Shown here: positions 29,103 to 40,059 of the stretch, in pieces
Position numbering within the stretch: position 1 is the first letter of the stretch
Layout: every line of letters starts with the position of its first letter
NCBI GenBank assembly: GCA_025999395.1
Contig: AP024682.1
Span: 468,680-532,679, forward strand
Reading direction: 5' to 3'
Source: Candidatus Parcubacteria bacterium
GTDB taxonomy: Bacteria; Patescibacteriota; Minisyncoccia; UBA6257; JAGOQP01
DNA: 64,000 nucleotides
Made by a program: the position numbers and the translations under genes
The notes under the pieces: model-generated
Told to the model about the DNA's origin: nothing
Databases searched by the model: none
The model's input: the letters and a program-made list of their open reading frames with translations, nothing else

Positions 29103-30311
29103 TTAAAAAGAACTGGTTAATTGATAAACTGGAATAATAACCGCTAAAGCGATAATTCCAACAATTAATCCAATTAACATCAACATCACCGGCTCAATAA
29201 AAGAAACCAATGTTTTTACGGAAGATTCAACTTCTTTGGCGTAAAAATCAGCCAGAGTCGCTAAAATATTTTCAATATGGCCTGATTTTTCTGAAACCGC
29301 AATTAAGTTTGAAACTACTTTTGGAAAGAATGGTTCTTTGCGAAAAGCTTCCCCCACCGTTAAACCCCGGGTAATTCCTTCTCGAGAAATTCTTAAAAGA
29401 GCATTCTTTAATTCCGGCAATCCTACTGAATCAGCGGTAATTTCCAACGCCTCAATAATCGGCAAACCCGAACTAAGTAAAGAAGAAAGAGTGGCTGCAA
29501 ATCTTTGAAGAGAAATTTCTTTAAGCACCCGGCTAATCACTGGCAACCTTAAAGCAAGGTTAAAAAGAAATTTTTTCCCTACCAAAGTTTTAAAAAAGAA
29601 AAGAAATCCTCCAAAAATTAAAAGCCCCAACAAAGATAAAATTAAAGCCAGATGATTTCCAATAAAAAGACCAACTGTAAAAACAATTCTTGAGAAAGTA
29701 GGAGGATTCATTCCCCCGGAAAGAAAAACAGTTGCGATTTTAGGCAAAGAAAAGCTTACTAAAAGAACCAAAACCAAAATAGAAGCAAAGAAAAGAATAA
29801 TTGGATAAGTTAAAGATGATTTAATTTTGCTGTTAAGTTCCCTTTCTTTTTCTAAAGAGGTACTCAATTGATCAAAAACTCTTTCTAGGTTTCCCGAAAC
29901 TTCCCCTGCCTTAATAAGATTAACAAAAACCTGAGAAAAAATTTTGGGATAATGAGCAAAAGTAGTATAAAAAGGCTGCCCTTTTTCTAAACTGGAACGC
30001 ACCTCTAGAAGCAAAGATTTAACTGCTGGTTTATCAAAATCTTCTATTAGAATATCAATCGCCTTAAAAAGATCGGTACCTACTTTTAACATCAAGGAAA
30101 GATACTTAGTAATAAAAACTTTGTCCTCAAGAGTAATTTTCTGATGAACCAAGGCACCAACTTGGAAAGAAAATCTTTTAATCGGCTTAATTAAAATAGG
30201 CTTTAATCCCATCGAAGCAACTTTGGCAATTGCTTCAGATGATCCCTGAGCCTCAATTTCTCCTTCGGCTATTCTGCTGTCTGGGCGAACTGCTTTATAA
30301 TAAAAACGCAT
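29103..30311 (-). CDS. pilC: type IV pilus inner-membrane platform protein PilC (GspF family)
   Basis: Duplicated GspF domain architecture, three TM segments, 402 aa. Confidence 0.85.
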   Translation of the reverse strand: MRFYYKAVRPDSRIAEGEIEAQGSSEAIAKVASMGLKPILIKPIKRFSFQVGALVHQKITLEDKVFITKYLSLMLKVGTDLFKAIDILIEDFDKPAVKSLLLEVRSSLEKGQPFYTTFAHYPKIFSQVFVNLIKAGEVSGNLERVFDQLSTSLEKERELNSKIKSSLTYPIILFFASILVLVLLVSFSLPKIATVFLSGGMNPPTFSRIVFTVGLFIGNHLALILSLLGLLIFGGFLFFFKTLVGKKFLFNLALRLPVISRVLKEISLQRFAATLSSLLSSGLPIIEALEITADSVGLPELKNALLRISREGITRGLTVGEAFRKEPFFPKVVSNLIAVSEKSGHIENILATLADFYAKEVESSVKTLVSFIEPVMLMLIGLIVGIIALAVIIPVYQLTSSF

Positions 30312-30378
30312 AATTTTATTTTTTGATTAAATTTTTAATTGGCAATTTCAAAAAATCAACTAATAACTATTTAAAAAA

Positions 30379-32091
30379 TTATTCCCGAATTACTCTCAAG
30401 ACTTCTTCAATGGTAGTTTGCCCCAAAGAGGCTTTCCTTAATCCATCTTCAAACATTGTAACCATTCCATTCTTTTTAGCAGCCATTGTTAAAAGGTCTA
30501 AAGAAAAATCTGGGCTAACAATAATCTTTCTAATATCTTCATTTACCTCAAGTAATTCAAAAATACCCATTCTTCCTCGATAACCAGTTCCCCCACAAGA
30601 TTTACAACCTTTCCCTCGATAAAGAACTCGAGGAATATTTGAATCAGGTAAGTTTAGACTTTTTATTTGTGTTCTTAAAGAATGAAGGAAATCTTCCGAA
30701 GGAGAAAAAGACTCGATACAATCAAGACAAATTTTTCTTACCAAGCGTTGTGCCAAAACCATATTTAAAACCGCCGCTACCAAAAAAGGGGGAATTCCCA
30801 TATCAATTAACCGCGGAACAGCGGTGGGAGCATCGTTGGTATGAAGAGATGACAAAAGTAAATGTCCAGTTAAGGCCGCATTAACAGCAATTTCAGCGGT
30901 TTCTTGGTCTCTAATTTCTCCTACCATAATAATGTTTGGGTCTTGCCTTAAAATAGAACGCAACCCCGAAGCAAAAGTGATTCCCGCCAAAGGATTAATC
31001 TGCACCTGATTGATATACTTGATGTTATATTCAATCGGATCTTCGATAGTAACAATGTTTACTTCCGGCCGATTCAACATATTTAAAATAGAATACAAAG
31101 TAGTAGTTTTTCCCGAACCCGTGGGCCCAGTTACCAAAATCATCCCGTAAGTTTTTTTAATATTTTCCTCTACTATCTTTGCCGTCTCTTCGGTCATTCC
31201 TAACTCAATTAAAGAAAGAGGTCTTTGAGTAGCGGGAAGAAGCCTTAAAACAATTTTTTCTCCATACAAAGTGGGAATTACTGAAACTCTGACATCAATT
31301 ACCGTTGATCCGACTTTATAACGAAAGCGTCCGTCTTGGGGTTTTTGGTGTTCATCTACTTTTAAGGAAGCTAAAAGTTTGATGCGAGCAACAATGGCTG
31401 GATGAACTTCTTTAGGAATCTGAAAAACTTCGTGTAAAATTCCATCAATTCGAAAACGCACTAAAATACTATCCTCCATAGCTTCTAGATGAATATCGGA
31501 AGTGTTTAAAGAAGAAGCGTAAGAAAGAGTGTTATTAACAATTTCTACTATTGGAAGCTGAGTAGCCGCTTCTTCTTCTTTAGAAGCGCTAATTTTCCTC
31601 TCCAAAGAAGCTTTGATATTTTCTTCAATTAAACGTTTGAAATCTTGAGTCAGCTGAGAACCATAAGCGGAAAAACCAAAGGCTAAATCATCATCAGAGG
31701 CCAAAAAAGGTCTAATTTTGGAAGATAGTTTTTTTTCTAAAAATTCTATAGTTATTAAATCGGTTGGATCTGCCATTGCCAAATCGATTGTTCCGTCTCC
31801 TTCTTGAGCAAAAGCGATAACATTTTTTTCTCGAGCAAATTTTTCTTCAATTTTATAAAGAACCTCTCGATTAATTCCTCGATACCTTAAATTAGCCAAT
31901 TCTACCCCAAAAAAATTAGAAGCTAAATGAAGTAGAAAATCCTTAGTAACAAATCCTTTAGAAATCAAAACATCTCCTAAATCTTGATTCATTCGGCGCG
32001 CTTCTTCTAAAGCTTGGTTGAAATCTTCTTCCTCAATTAATCCTTGTTCTAAAAGAAAAGTTTTAAGTTTTTGAGAAGGAATGGGTACCAT
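30379..32091 (-). CDS. pilB: type IV pilus assembly ATPase PilB (GspE family)
   Basis: Walker A GPTGSGKTTTLYS, Asp and His boxes, tetracysteine CLDC..CKSCGG motif. Confidence 0.9.
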   Translation of the reverse strand: MVPIPSQKLKTFLLEQGLIEEEDFNQALEEARRMNQDLGDVLISKGFVTKDFLLHLASNFFGVELANLRYRGINREVLYKIEEKFAREKNVIAFAQEGDGTIDLAMADPTDLITIEFLEKKLSSKIRPFLASDDDLAFGFSAYGSQLTQDFKRLIEENIKASLERKISASKEEEAATQLPIVEIVNNTLSYASSLNTSDIHLEAMEDSILVRFRIDGILHEVFQIPKEVHPAIVARIKLLASLKVDEHQKPQDGRFRYKVGSTVIDVRVSVIPTLYGEKIVLRLLPATQRPLSLIELGMTEETAKIVEENIKKTYGMILVTGPTGSGKTTTLYSILNMLNRPEVNIVTIEDPIEYNIKYINQVQINPLAGITFASGLRSILRQDPNIIMVGEIRDQETAEIAVNAALTGHLLLSSLHTNDAPTAVPRLIDMGIPPFLVAAVLNMVLAQRLVRKICLDCIESFSPSEDFLHSLRTQIKSLNLPDSNIPRVLYRGKGCKSCGGTGYRGRMGIFELLEVNEDIRKIIVSPDFSLDLLTMAAKKNGMVTMFEDGLRKASLGQTTIEEVLRVIRE

Positions 32092-32187
32092 ATAATGAAA
32101 AGTATTTTCTTTCTGTACTTTTTATTTTAACACAAATTTAGGCTTAAAAAAACAAATTGCCAAGATTTTTGTTTAAAATTAGATGAA

Positions 32188-32218
32188 ATAAAAAAGAAAA
32201 CGCCTTTCAAAAGGCGCT
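32188..32218 (-). terminator. strong rho-independent terminator after the major pilin gene
   Basis: Minus strand GCGCCTTTTGAAAGGCG followed by TTTTCTTTTTTATTT. Confidence 0.7.
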
Positions 32219-32248
32219 TTCTAAAAAAGAGTTGAGCAAACTTTACAA

Positions 32249-32794
32249 CTATAAGTCTAATCCCGGCTCCGTTCCAACTTCATAAATGGTGGTAGAATTG
32301 CCACCGTCGTTTCCTTCTTTGTCATTTGTTCCACCAGAAGAATATTTGGCACTTTCTAAATCAGCGTTTAATTCAAAAGTTAAATTTGTTGCATCTGCAT
32401 CCCATGCATAATGATAAGTACCATCATTTATTGGATCTCTAGGCCACGCAGAAATGGGTGGTGGAGGACTTGTCATTGCTGTTAAATCGACTCCTACCCA
32501 ACCATTATTAATAGCAAAACCCCTAGTTGAACAAGTTCCAACTAAACTATAACAACTTCCAGTAGCAGAAGCAAAAGGACCGGATGTCAAAGTAGGATTT
32601 GAAACTGTCGAAAGATACAAAGCAACCACACTTTTCACAGTATCTAAATCAGACATTCTTTGAACATCACGCGCTTGTCTTAGCAATTCCGCTGGGTTAA
32701 GTACTACTACCACTGCAGCTGCCAAGATGGCCAAGATACCAATAACTACCAACAATTCTACCAAAGTGAAACCCTTTTTATTTTCTTGATTCAT
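32249..32794 (-). CDS. pilA: type IV major pilin (PilA-like)
   Basis: Canonical prepilin leader MNQENKKG|FTLVELLVVIGILAILAA. Confidence 0.85.
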   Translation of the reverse strand: MNQENKKGFTLVELLVVIGILAILAAAVVVVLNPAELLRQARDVQRMSDLDTVKSVVALYLSTVSNPTLTSGPFASATGSCYSLVGTCSTRGFAINNGWVGVDLTAMTSPPPPISAWPRDPINDGTYHYAWDADATNLTFELNADLESAKYSSGGTNDKEGNDGGNSTTIYEVGTEPGLDL

Positions 32795-32960
32795 AGTTTT
32801 TTCAACTTAAATTAATTTTAATGAATTATAAATTAAAAAAAATAGAAAAATAAAATTAAATAAATTATCGACCCCAAAACTAAAACACTCCCTTAAACAT
32901 TATAAAAAAATAGAAAAAAAATCAAAAAAAATCTGTTGATAACTTAACTAAAAATTAAAA

Positions 32961-33365
32961 CTAAGAAGGATTGAGGAAACTTAAAATGTTGGTTACTAAA
33001 TCGTCAATTGAGGTTTTAGCTTTAATAAAGTACTCAATCGCCCCCAGTTCTTGTCCTTTGGCTACATCTTCCGGCTGCCCCAAATTAGAAATAATAATAA
33101 TAGGAGCGCTGTTAAGTTGAGGATCTTGTCTAATTTCTTCCATCACTTCAAAACCTGATTTCTTGGGTAAAATTAAATCAAGCAAAATCAAATCTGGTTT
33201 GGTGCTGGTTTGAAGAAAAGAGATTGCCTCCTGACCATCTTTGGCATGAATTACCTCTATCCCTTCTCGGCTAAACCGATTTTTCAAAAGAGAAGAAAGA
33301 AACGGATCATCTTCTACCAAAAGAATTTTTTTATTTCCCTTTGTTGCTTCCATTGTTGTTTCCAT
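32961..33365 (-). CDS. single-domain response regulator (CheY-like receiver, PilH/PilG-like)
   Basis: KILLVEDDP..LDLILPKKSGFEV receiver motifs, no output domain, 134 aa. Confidence 0.8.
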   Translation of the reverse strand: METTMEATKGNKKILLVEDDPFLSSLLKNRFSREGIEVIHAKDGQEAISFLQTSTKPDLILLDLILPKKSGFEVMEEIRQDPQLNSAPIIIISNLGQPEDVAKGQELGAIEYFIKAKTSIDDLVTNILSFLNPS

Positions 33366-33391
33366 ATGGTTGAATTATATCAGTAACTCTT

Positions 33392-33425
33392 ACAAAAAAC
33401 AACACCACCTTAAAAGGGTGGTGTT
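33392..33425 (-). terminator. terminator-like hairpin between 16S rRNA and the response regulator gene
   Basis: Minus strand ACACCACC-CTTTTAA-GGTGGTGT then GTTTTTTGT. Confidence 0.5.
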
Positions 33426-33555
33426 ATTAACCTTTACATCCCTTAAAAACTTTTTCGGTTGTCCCTTGAGACATCCTGCTTATAAAGCAAGATGGGTCGA
33501 AACTTGAGGATCCTCGACCAACTCCTCGACGTCAAAGACGCCATCGACGTAACAA

Positions 33556-35105
<1,550 letters not shown>

Positions 35106-35371
35106 TCGCCAACTTAACACTGACTTAACGCTGACCGACGCCGACAAAATTAAATGTCCGCGTAAGTCCGCGTCCAGTCCGCGCTTGTTAGCGACTCTTA
35201 GACAAGGGACAACCAAAAAAATTTTCAAGGTGCTTTCAGAAGCAAAAATAAGTATAGCAAAGAACTTAAAGGTGTCAAGAAATAGAGTAAAAAAATGCCT
35301 TTAAAAAATTAATTGAAAAATTTAACTTGCTTTTAAAAATTTCATCAAAATTACTTATTTTAAAAAACTAT

Positions 35372-35399
35372 TTGACTTTAAATTACTTTCTTGTATTAT
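35372..35399 (+). promoter_or_regulatory. sigma70-like promoter candidate for rpmE (TTGACT-N16-TATTAT)
   Basis: TTGACT at 35372-35377 and TATTAT at 35394-35399 with a 16-nt spacer; rpmE ATG at 35433. Confidence 0.4.
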
Positions 35400-35432
35400 T
35401 TTTAAGAAGTTTTTAAGTAAATTTTTTATTTT

Positions 35433-35702
35433 ATGAAGAAAGATATCCATCCTACCTATTATCCAGACGCCAAAGTAGTTTGCGCTTGCGGAAATACTTT
35501 CACTGTTGGCTCAACCAAAAAGGAAATTAAAGTTGAAATTTGCTATGCTTGCCATCCTGCTTACACTGGAAAAGAAAAATTGATTGATACCGCTGGCCGA
35601 GTAGAAAAATTTAAAGCTAAAAGAGAAAAGGCAGCCAAAGTTACTACCCGAAAAAAGTCAGAAAAAAGAGCCGCTAAAAAAGTAAAGAAAGAGAAAAAGT
35701 AG
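35433..35702 (+). CDS. rpmE: 50S ribosomal protein L31
   Basis: [10 protein letters not shown]..CxCG..CxxCHP zinc-ribbon L31 signature. Confidence 0.9.
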   Translation: MKKDIHPTYYPDAKVVCACGNTFTVGSTKKEIKVEICYACHPAYTGKEKLIDTAGRVEKFKAKREKAAKVTTRKKSEKRAAKKVKKEKK

Positions 35703-35755
35703 CTCTTCGAAAAAATTCATTTTAAAACAAGTTTTAAACTTGGTTTTTTGCTTTT

Positions 35756-36490
35756 ATGGAAACAATCAACAAAATTGTTATAGAAATTCGAGCGGGCGCG
35801 GGAGGAGATGAAGCAGCAATTTTTGCGGGCGATCTGGTTAATATGTATCAAAAATATTCCCAAAAGAAGGGGTGGAAATTTACGGTTCTTGATTTTAATA
35901 AAACCTCTTTGGGTGGCTATAAAACTTTCATTGGTAAAATAGAAGGTCAAGGAGTTTATGACGAACTCAAGCAAGAATCGGGCGTTCATCGCGTTCAAAG
36001 AATTCCTAAAACTGAAAAATCAGGCCGCATTCACACTTCCACCGCCTCCGTAGCTATTTTACCGATCGTCGAACCAAAAGAGATTCAAATCAATGAAAAC
36101 GATTTAGAAATTACCTTCTCCCGCGCCGGAGGGCCCGGAGGACAAAATGTTAACAAAGTAGAAACTGCCGTCAGAATTCTTCACAAACCCACCGGGATTG
36201 TAGTCTCTTCTCGGGAAGAACGTTCTCAACACGCTAATCGAGAAAGAGCCTTAGAAATTTTAAGAGCTAAACTTTATGAAATTCAAAGAGAAGAACAGGA
36301 AGGAAAACTAACCGCTGAAAGGCGAGCTCAAATTGGCTCTGGTGAGCGCTCCGAAAAAATCAGAACCTATAACTTTCCCGAAGACAGAATTACCGACCAT
36401 CGAATTGGCAAAAAATTCCACAACATTGAAAAAATTTTAGACGGCGATTTAGAGCCAATAATTGAAGCTTTCAAAAATCAAAGAAAATAA
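35756..36490 (+). CDS. prfA: peptide chain release factor 1 homolog lacking N-terminal domain 1 (244 aa)
   Basis: Begins at the domain-2 motif [19 protein letters not shown]; RF1-type tripeptide region [14 protein letters not shown] (PxT); GGQ motif ([11 protein letters not shown]); only 53 nt separate it from rpmE, so no space for domain 1. Confidence 0.8.
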   Translation: METINKIVIEIRAGAGGDEAAIFAGDLVNMYQKYSQKKGWKFTVLDFNKTSLGGYKTFIGKIEGQGVYDELKQESGVHRVQRIPKTEKSGRIHTSTASVAILPIVEPKEIQINENDLEITFSRAGGPGGQNVNKVETAVRILHKPTGIVVSSREERSQHANRERALEILRAKLYEIQREEQEGKLTAERRAQIGSGERSEKIRTYNFPEDRITDHRIGKKFHNIEKILDGDLEPIIEAFKNQRK

Positions 36491-36500
36491 GTCGCCAATT

Positions 36501-37976
36501 TTACCCCTCCAAAACATTGATATCTTCTTGAAATTCTTGTGCTCGGGAAATAACTCGAGCACCATAACTATTTAAATAGTACTGCCATCTCCCCCCGGCA
36601 TAATATCTAGCAGCCGCTACTTTTTCATCATACAAAGAAGCTCCTTTACCCGCTCCTGCGTTTTTCAAATAAAGCGCGGTTGCCATAAAAGCATCCAAAT
36701 TATTCCAAGGAGAGGGAGGATTGTGGCCGGTTAAAGCTGCAATTTGAGATTCATACTTCATCCAAGTAGAAGGAATAAATTGAGCTGGTCCCATTCCTCC
36801 ACCGTAAGCTCCATCAGCCGGAATTGGACAGGAAACCATTACACTTTCGGGATTTAAGCCTAATTTAGAGGTTATTTGCAAAAACAAAGGAATGTCTCGA
36901 GTGGGATGCATAGTTGTAGGATTGCTTGCTTTGGCTGGATAATAAGGGTTGACATTGTATTTGCACTGGCCAACATTTCTTCCCAAAGCTGATTCTCTAT
37001 CCAAAACCGCCAAAATAAGAGCCGCTCTCACCCCGGTTGCCTCCGAGGCTACTTTGGCTAATTTATAAGCCTCTCCAAAAGAAAGCTCACCGCCACCGAT
37101 CAATTCGTAAATTCTACTTCTAATTTGAGCAGCGGTTTTTCTTTTTTCTTTCAAAATTTCTTGATATTTGGCTTCTTGACCTTTGGTTAGAGTAAGCAGT
37201 TCTTTCTTTTGAGCTTCTGTTTTCTTAATTGATTCTCTTTGGCTTTCCTGATAAGCCTTTAATTGAGAAACATCGTTGTATTCTTCTGCTAAAGCTTCTT
37301 TTTGATCTAACAAATTATTCTTTAAATCAATAATCTTTTCCAAAGTTACTCTTAAATTATCCTGAACCGCTATTAAATTATTTATATTAAAAAAGAAGTC
37401 AGAAATTTTGGGATTAGTAGCCATCATTTCAATAACACTCACCTGTTCACTTTCATAAATATCCTGAAGAATAGAAGCTAAATATTTCTTATTTTTTAAA
37501 ATTTCGCCCTCGGTTTGAGTAATCTTATCTTTGGTAAGATTAATTTCTTTATCTAATTTTTCTAAGCTAAGATTGATCGCTTTAATTTGAAGATTAAGTT
37601 TAGCAATTTTAGCATTCAAAGCCTTAATCTCCGATTCTAAAGTTTTTCCTTGTTTTTGATACTGAGAGACGGTGTTCTCGTATTCAGCAATTTGTTTTTC
37701 TAGTTCCTTAAGTTGAGCTTCCAATTCCGCTCTTTCTGCTTCTTTATTTGAAGCCGCCATTAAAAATTTAGTATTAATCGGAGCATAAGCCGAGCTTAAG
37801 ATAAAAGAAAACACCGAAAGAGAAATAGCAAAAAAAACTGAGATTTTCTTCAGCGGAAGAACAATTTTTTTAGAAGAAAGAAAAATAGTTCTTGAAAAAG
37901 AAGGGTGAGCTTTTGCTGAATTTCTCTTATTCGGATAAATATCCCAAAACTTTCTGTGATAAGGATTAGAATTCAT
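36501..37976 (-). CDS. membrane-anchored coiled-coil protein with C-terminal MltB-like lytic transglycosylase domain
   Basis: N-terminal TM, about 200-aa heptad-rich coiled coil, C-terminal GGMGPAQFIPSTW motif resembling MltB-family transglycosylases. Confidence 0.55.
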   Translation of the reverse strand: MNSNPYHRKFWDIYPNKRNSAKAHPSFSRTIFLSSKKIVLPLKKISVFFAISLSVFSFILSSAYAPINTKFLMAASNKEAERAELEAQLKELEKQIAEYENTVSQYQKQGKTLESEIKALNAKIAKLNLQIKAINLSLEKLDKEINLTKDKITQTEGEILKNKKYLASILQDIYESEQVSVIEMMATNPKISDFFFNINNLIAVQDNLRVTLEKIIDLKNNLLDQKEALAEEYNDVSQLKAYQESQRESIKKTEAQKKELLTLTKGQEAKYQEILKEKRKTAAQIRSRIYELIGGGELSFGEAYKLAKVASEATGVRAALILAVLDRESALGRNVGQCKYNVNPYYPAKASNPTTMHPTRDIPLFLQITSKLGLNPESVMVSCPIPADGAYGGGMGPAQFIPSTWMKYESQIAALTGHNPPSPWNNLDAFMATALYLKNAGAGKGASLYDEKVAAARYYAGGRWQYYLNSYGARVISRAQEFQEDINVLEG

Positions 37977-38071
37977 AAATAAAAAGAGGATAAAAAATCA
38001 AAATCACTTATCAATCATCAAAGATAAGCTCCTATTTATTATATCAGAAACGAGATGATTCCAAAACAAAA

Positions 38072-38728
38072 TTAAGAAGTTTCCTTTTTCTCCTCCTTCT
38101 TTTCGATCTCCGAACTTGAAGCTGGCTTTTCTTTTTCTTCTTCAGGAGTTTCTGCTTCTTCCTTTTCTTTCTCCTCCTCTACTCGACGCTCTACTACTGT
38201 TGCTAAAACTGTCTCTGGATCGGCCAATACTCGCACTCCTTCTGGAATAGAAATATCTTTTAAGTGAATACTTTTATGAATTTCGTCTAATAAAGAAAGG
38301 TCTACCGTCAAATGCGAAGGAATTCGAGAAGGTAAAGCTTCTACCTCCAACCTTTCTACTGCTTTTACTAAAATTCCTCCTTTTTCCTTAACAGCGGGAG
38401 AAACTCCCTCAAAGTGAAGAGGAACATGAGAAGTAACTTTTCTATCCATTCTCACCTGATAAAAATCAATATGAATAACTTCTTTCCCTAATAAATCTTT
38501 GCTTATCTCATGAATGATCACCTGATAAGTTTTTCCTTCTACCCTTAAATCAACCAAGGAGCTTTCTCCCGCTTCTTCAAAGACAGAATAAAATTCTTTG
38601 GCAGGAACCATTAAGTGAAGGTTTTCTACTCCCGGCCCATAAAGTTCAGCTGGGATAAAACCTTGTTTGAGAAGATTCTTAACCTTTTTCCCAAAAATTT
38701 CTCTTATTTGAGCATTTAATTGAGGCAT
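38072..38728 (-). CDS. rplY: 50S ribosomal protein L25 / general stress protein Ctc
   Basis: L25 N-terminal beta-barrel with an acidic C-terminal tail. Confidence 0.75.
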   Translation of the reverse strand: MPQLNAQIREIFGKKVKNLLKQGFIPAELYGPGVENLHLMVPAKEFYSVFEEAGESSLVDLRVEGKTYQVIIHEISKDLLGKEVIHIDFYQVRMDRKVTSHVPLHFEGVSPAVKEKGGILVKAVERLEVEALPSRIPSHLTVDLSLLDEIHKSIHLKDISIPEGVRVLADPETVLATVVERRVEEEKEKEEAETPEEEKEKPASSSEIEKKEEKKETS

Positions 38729-38815
38729 ATAAAAAAGCTATCATAAACCAAAAAAAGAGGCAAGATTTGGATAATTTAAAGCAAAAAATATGAAAACTTT
38801 GGTTATTCCAAAAAT

Positions 38816-40021
38816 CTACTTATAAGAAACTTCAACGCTATCAATCCACAACCGTCCTTCACTGCCAGCATGTCCGTAAAGATAAAGAGAGACATTGTGA
38901 CTATTAAGCTCCCAATCACTATCAATAGTAAATTCTTGGCTGACTTCTTCCCATCGATTAGCTCTACTTAAACTTTTGGTTACAATTGCTGTTCCAAAAG
39001 TATAAACTCCAGAAGCGTTTGACCAGTGATAAAGGCCAAAATAAGTAGGTTTTCCGGTAGTACTGACTTTTGCCATAAATCTAACTTTTACTTTAGTGCC
39101 ATTCGTCCATCCTAAAGATATTCCCGGCGTAGAAAAAGTTTGAGCAAATCCTAACCATCGATGACAATACCCGTAGGTACAATTTTCATCTATATATTCC
39201 AATCCGCCGCTATTTTTTATTCCTCCTGTAGAAGTAGCGTGAGCATGATAGCCAACCGAAGGATTGGTCACTCCAGAATTATAACCAGAACTAAAACCAT
39301 TAGTAGGCCGATAAGTTCCGTTTAAGTTTACATCCCAGCCGGGAGTATAAGGAGTAGTTAGATCATTAACAGAAGAATTAATAACAATATTTTCGTTTTT
39401 ATAAAAAGACAAATTATCTCCTTTTTCATAAGAGTAATCACTAATTCCCCCATCGCTTGACGAAATTTCTTTATCCCCTCCGGGTTTATAATCAAAGCTT
39501 TCGAAGTTTTTTGCTCCTACCACAAATTTTCCCGCTCCATCAGTCGCATAGAAATAATAAAGGTTTTCAGTATCAGAATTAGTTGGGTCAATCGGTAAAG
39601 AAGAAGCCCCCAGCGAAGATAAACCGTCTGTCAAGTTAATAGGAATCCAACCAGTGCTATCAATTTTTAAAAGATTAGCCGAAGAAACACATCGATAACT
39701 CCACCCCGAAGGCAATTTTGGAAGATTTAGATCAGAACAATTTTGATTAGCCGAAGGAAGAGAAAGGTAAAGAGTATTTGCACTTCCCAAAGAAAGAGCC
39801 CGGTTGCCTTTGTATTTATAGTTAGAAATTAAAAGAGCTAACTGATTAATATCAGCAATTCTTTTAGAATCTCTGGCTCTTTTAAAATACTCAACGGGAT
39901 TAAGAACAAGTACTACCGCTGAAAACAAAATAGACAAAATTCCAATCACTACCAAAATTTCAACCAGAGTGAAAGATTTATTCGAATTAAAAAAATTTCT
40001 TGTTTTAATAAATCCCCCCAT
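38816..40021 (-). CDS. large type IV pilin-like protein (401 aa) with C-terminal carbohydrate-binding-like domain
   Basis: NKSFTLVEILVVIGILSILFSAVVL prepilin-like helix (Ser at -1); N-terminal about 190 aa paralogous to the 54274-55542 protein (LPSGWSYRCV.., WIPIN/WIPVN). Confidence 0.6.
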   Translation of the reverse strand: MGGFIKTRNFFNSNKSFTLVEILVVIGILSILFSAVVLVLNPVEYFKRARDSKRIADINQLALLISNYKYKGNRALSLGSANTLYLSLPSANQNCSDLNLPKLPSGWSYRCVSSANLLKIDSTGWIPINLTDGLSSLGASSLPIDPTNSDTENLYYFYATDGAGKFVVGAKNFESFDYKPGGDKEISSSDGGISDYSYEKGDNLSFYKNENIVINSSVNDLTTPYTPGWDVNLNGTYRPTNGFSSGYNSGVTNPSVGYHAHATSTGGIKNSGGLEYIDENCTYGYCHRWLGFAQTFSTPGISLGWTNGTKVKVRFMAKVSTTGKPTYFGLYHWSNASGVYTFGTAIVTKSLSRANRWEEVSQEFTIDSDWELNSHNVSLYLYGHAGSEGRLWIDSVEVSYK

Positions 40022-40059
40022 TTATTTTTTTTAAAAAAAAATCGGCTTTAAAGATTAAA

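Noticed and set aside
33430-33555. Structured-looking GC-rich segment downstream of 16S (GGTCGAGGATCCTCAAGTTTCGACC etc.); considered as a tRNA or an extended 16S 3' end
   Set aside because: No cloverleaf could be folded. It is most simply the 16S 3' trailer/processing region ahead of the terminator at 33392-33425, but a longer 16S 3' end cannot be fully excluded (see finding 1).
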